From positions 13,642,735 through 13,706,734 of the forward strand of contig CM119266.1 in NCBI GenBank assembly GCA_051294375.1: DNA of 64,000 nucleotides, read 5' to 3'. The position numbers and the translations under genes were made by a program. Each line of letters starts with the position of its first letter. The first letter of the stretch is position 1. The notes under the pieces are model-generated. The model saw only the letters and a list, made by a program, of their open reading frames with translations. It was not told the origin of the DNA and ran no database searches. Of this stretch, positions 62,005 through 64,000 are shown in pieces. This stretch comes from Paraspadella gotoi (Eukaryota > Animalia > Chaetognatha).

Positions 62005-64000
62005 AAAAAGAAAGTTGAATTTAAACGATTGGGTTGCGTGAGCTGGTCTCTTCTCAGACCTGGCAGCCTGGCAGCCTACAACAGAGTGCTACGAAGATTC
62101 CTCGTAATCAATAATCATACAGCTATAAACTGTCATCATTCACTACGAATATCCCGCCCATCATTTAGCAATCCACCCCGACAATAATCGTTTGGTCGGA
62201 CAAGATACAGACAAGCAGGCCACCAACGCATCCGCCACCAGTACGAAAAAATGAATCCCCGGTCTTCCACGTTCGGACTCGAGCGAGAATATGAGATTAA
62301 AGGGGAAAAAACGGGATGAAGAAAATGAGAGAAAAACAAGAAAAGAAGTCGAAATAAAAAAAAGTATAAGAGCAAGAAAAAAAATGTGATAGCATTAAAA
62401 ATAAATATATTCTTTAAAAAAGAAATCCGACGAGAGGGGGAAAAAAAGAGAGAAAAGAAAGGGATTTTCTTTCGTTTTTATGTCTGTCACTTGTCAGTAA
62501 TCTGCTTCTCGGATTAGAAGGAATTTATAAATCGGAAGTAAAGAAATGAGAAAGAACGGAAAGGATTGACGGACGAGTTTGACGGCCTCGGCGACGACAA
62601 CCAAGCGAGCAAAGACCCAGAACGCGAAACCGGTTTATGTCCCCCGCCTCACAGTTGCTTTTTCAACGTCAAAACAACGAACAATCGCGTCATTTCATAT
62701 GTTACCAGCTTTGGTCGCTCTTTGTTCGGTCTTGCACAGTTTTTTATTTCACTTATTGTCTCCTTTTGTTACAAAGTCTTATTTGGGCATGTTCTGAAAG
62801 AGAACTTTTGATCCCTCCAATCCACAAACTATTAATTATTTGAATTATTTTTTTTTTTAAATTCCAATTAAATGTCCATTTGTCATAATTAAAACTGACG
62901 CTTAGTGTTCCCCCATGGCGTCTTCGCCAACGCGTTTGCCCGCGGGCGTATAATTCTTGCGTCTTCCCCTGTGCGTTTCCCCGTGGCGCCTGGTCCCGCG
63001 TCGGGTTTTTCCTTTTGACGCGAAATGGAGGCCAAAAAGTTACACGTGAAAAGAAGTGGAGAGACGTCGGGAAAAGTAGGAGTGACCGGTAAAAAATGGG
63101 CGTGGTCGGTAAGTTTTAGGTGTGGAGAGGGCTGTGGTTCTTGTGTGGGGGGAAGAGGAAGAAATCTAATTTCCTCGGAAATCTAATTTTCCGAATTTTC
63201 TCGATTTTCTCTGTTGGGGAAAATGGAGCGGAGAAGAGGAGGAGGGGGGAGTGTGGGGGGAGAGTTGGGGGAGGCGGCGTTTGGCGGGAAAGGCGCCGAT
63301 CTCGAAATTCGACGGTTTGGAAAAAAGAGGAGCGGAGCATTGGAAATTAAAAAAGTGAGAGATTAGAAACGAAATTGTAAGAAAATTAAAAACGTCAGTT
63401 GGGACAACATACGTACGGTATACAAAGTTAAATCTGTAAAATCATGTTATATTTAATGACGGTTGAAAATCTTGGTTTAACTTTCGTTTTCGTTGTTTTT
63501 CGAAAAAATCAAAGTTGAGAAAATCTTACGAGACGCTCGGCCGCCTCCTCTGAAAACGGAGCACACCCCTTGTTGTTGAGTTTGGAAAATTTAAAAAGGT
63601 GTGTGCTTACAACGGAGTCTTTTGTGAGAAGCCTCCATGTGAGGCCTCCTTTTCTCCTCTTTCCTCCGTTAACATCGCCGCGTCTCGATGCGTGAATCAA
63701 AACGGGTGAAAAGACGCGAGACAATTACGATCGGTGAGACAACGACCGACGACGGCGACGACGACGAAAAGACGACAAACGGAAACGACGACGATGTAGT
63801 ATCCGAGTAATTAACTCGAAGGCGAAGCAACGATCTTTCGGTTCGCTCTCCCACCCAACCCCCCCCGCCCCCTCAGCCGGTTCTCAGTCACCAATCCTCT
63901 TACCGACGCCTCCGAGGTCTCTATGTCTCTAAGACTGACTTTCACGAGTCCAGTCCGTTCACCGATGGGGGAAAAAAGCTTTTTTAAATTCGCGGGTTTT
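62005..64000 (-). repeat. Right arm, differing by scattered 1-bp indels
   Basis: 62010-62100 matches 61525-61615 and 63960-64000 matches ~59658-59695 as reverse complements. Confidence 0.95.

Overview
Eukaryotic, most likely invertebrate animal, draft-assembly scaffold. It is non-coding and microsatellite-rich ((GA/CT)n, (TTTC)n, (CGA)n), shows no obvious CpG depletion, and has 12 N-gaps. I could not recognise any protein-coding exon; the ORF track is almost entirely microsatellite frames and N-runs. Roughly half of the window is redundant. Large inverted copies with indel-rich, raw-long-read-like errors lie next to gaps of exactly 25 N, which points to gap-filling artefacts rather than real palindromes. 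The redundant copies expose filled and empty alleles of two ~3-kb insertions: a DINE-1/HINE (Helentron-associated)-type element at 29512-32796 and a possible hAT-like element at 14509-17526. The most unusual structure in clean sequence is a 688-bp element at 45386-46073. It is made of two back-to-back perfect foldbacks, so its central 59 bp equal the reverse complement of its joined ends, and it is flanked by an 8-9 bp direct repeat. Also present: a tRNA-derived SINE-like head, a dispersed hairpin repeat in three copies, and clusters of CTCF-like and promoter-like motifs.
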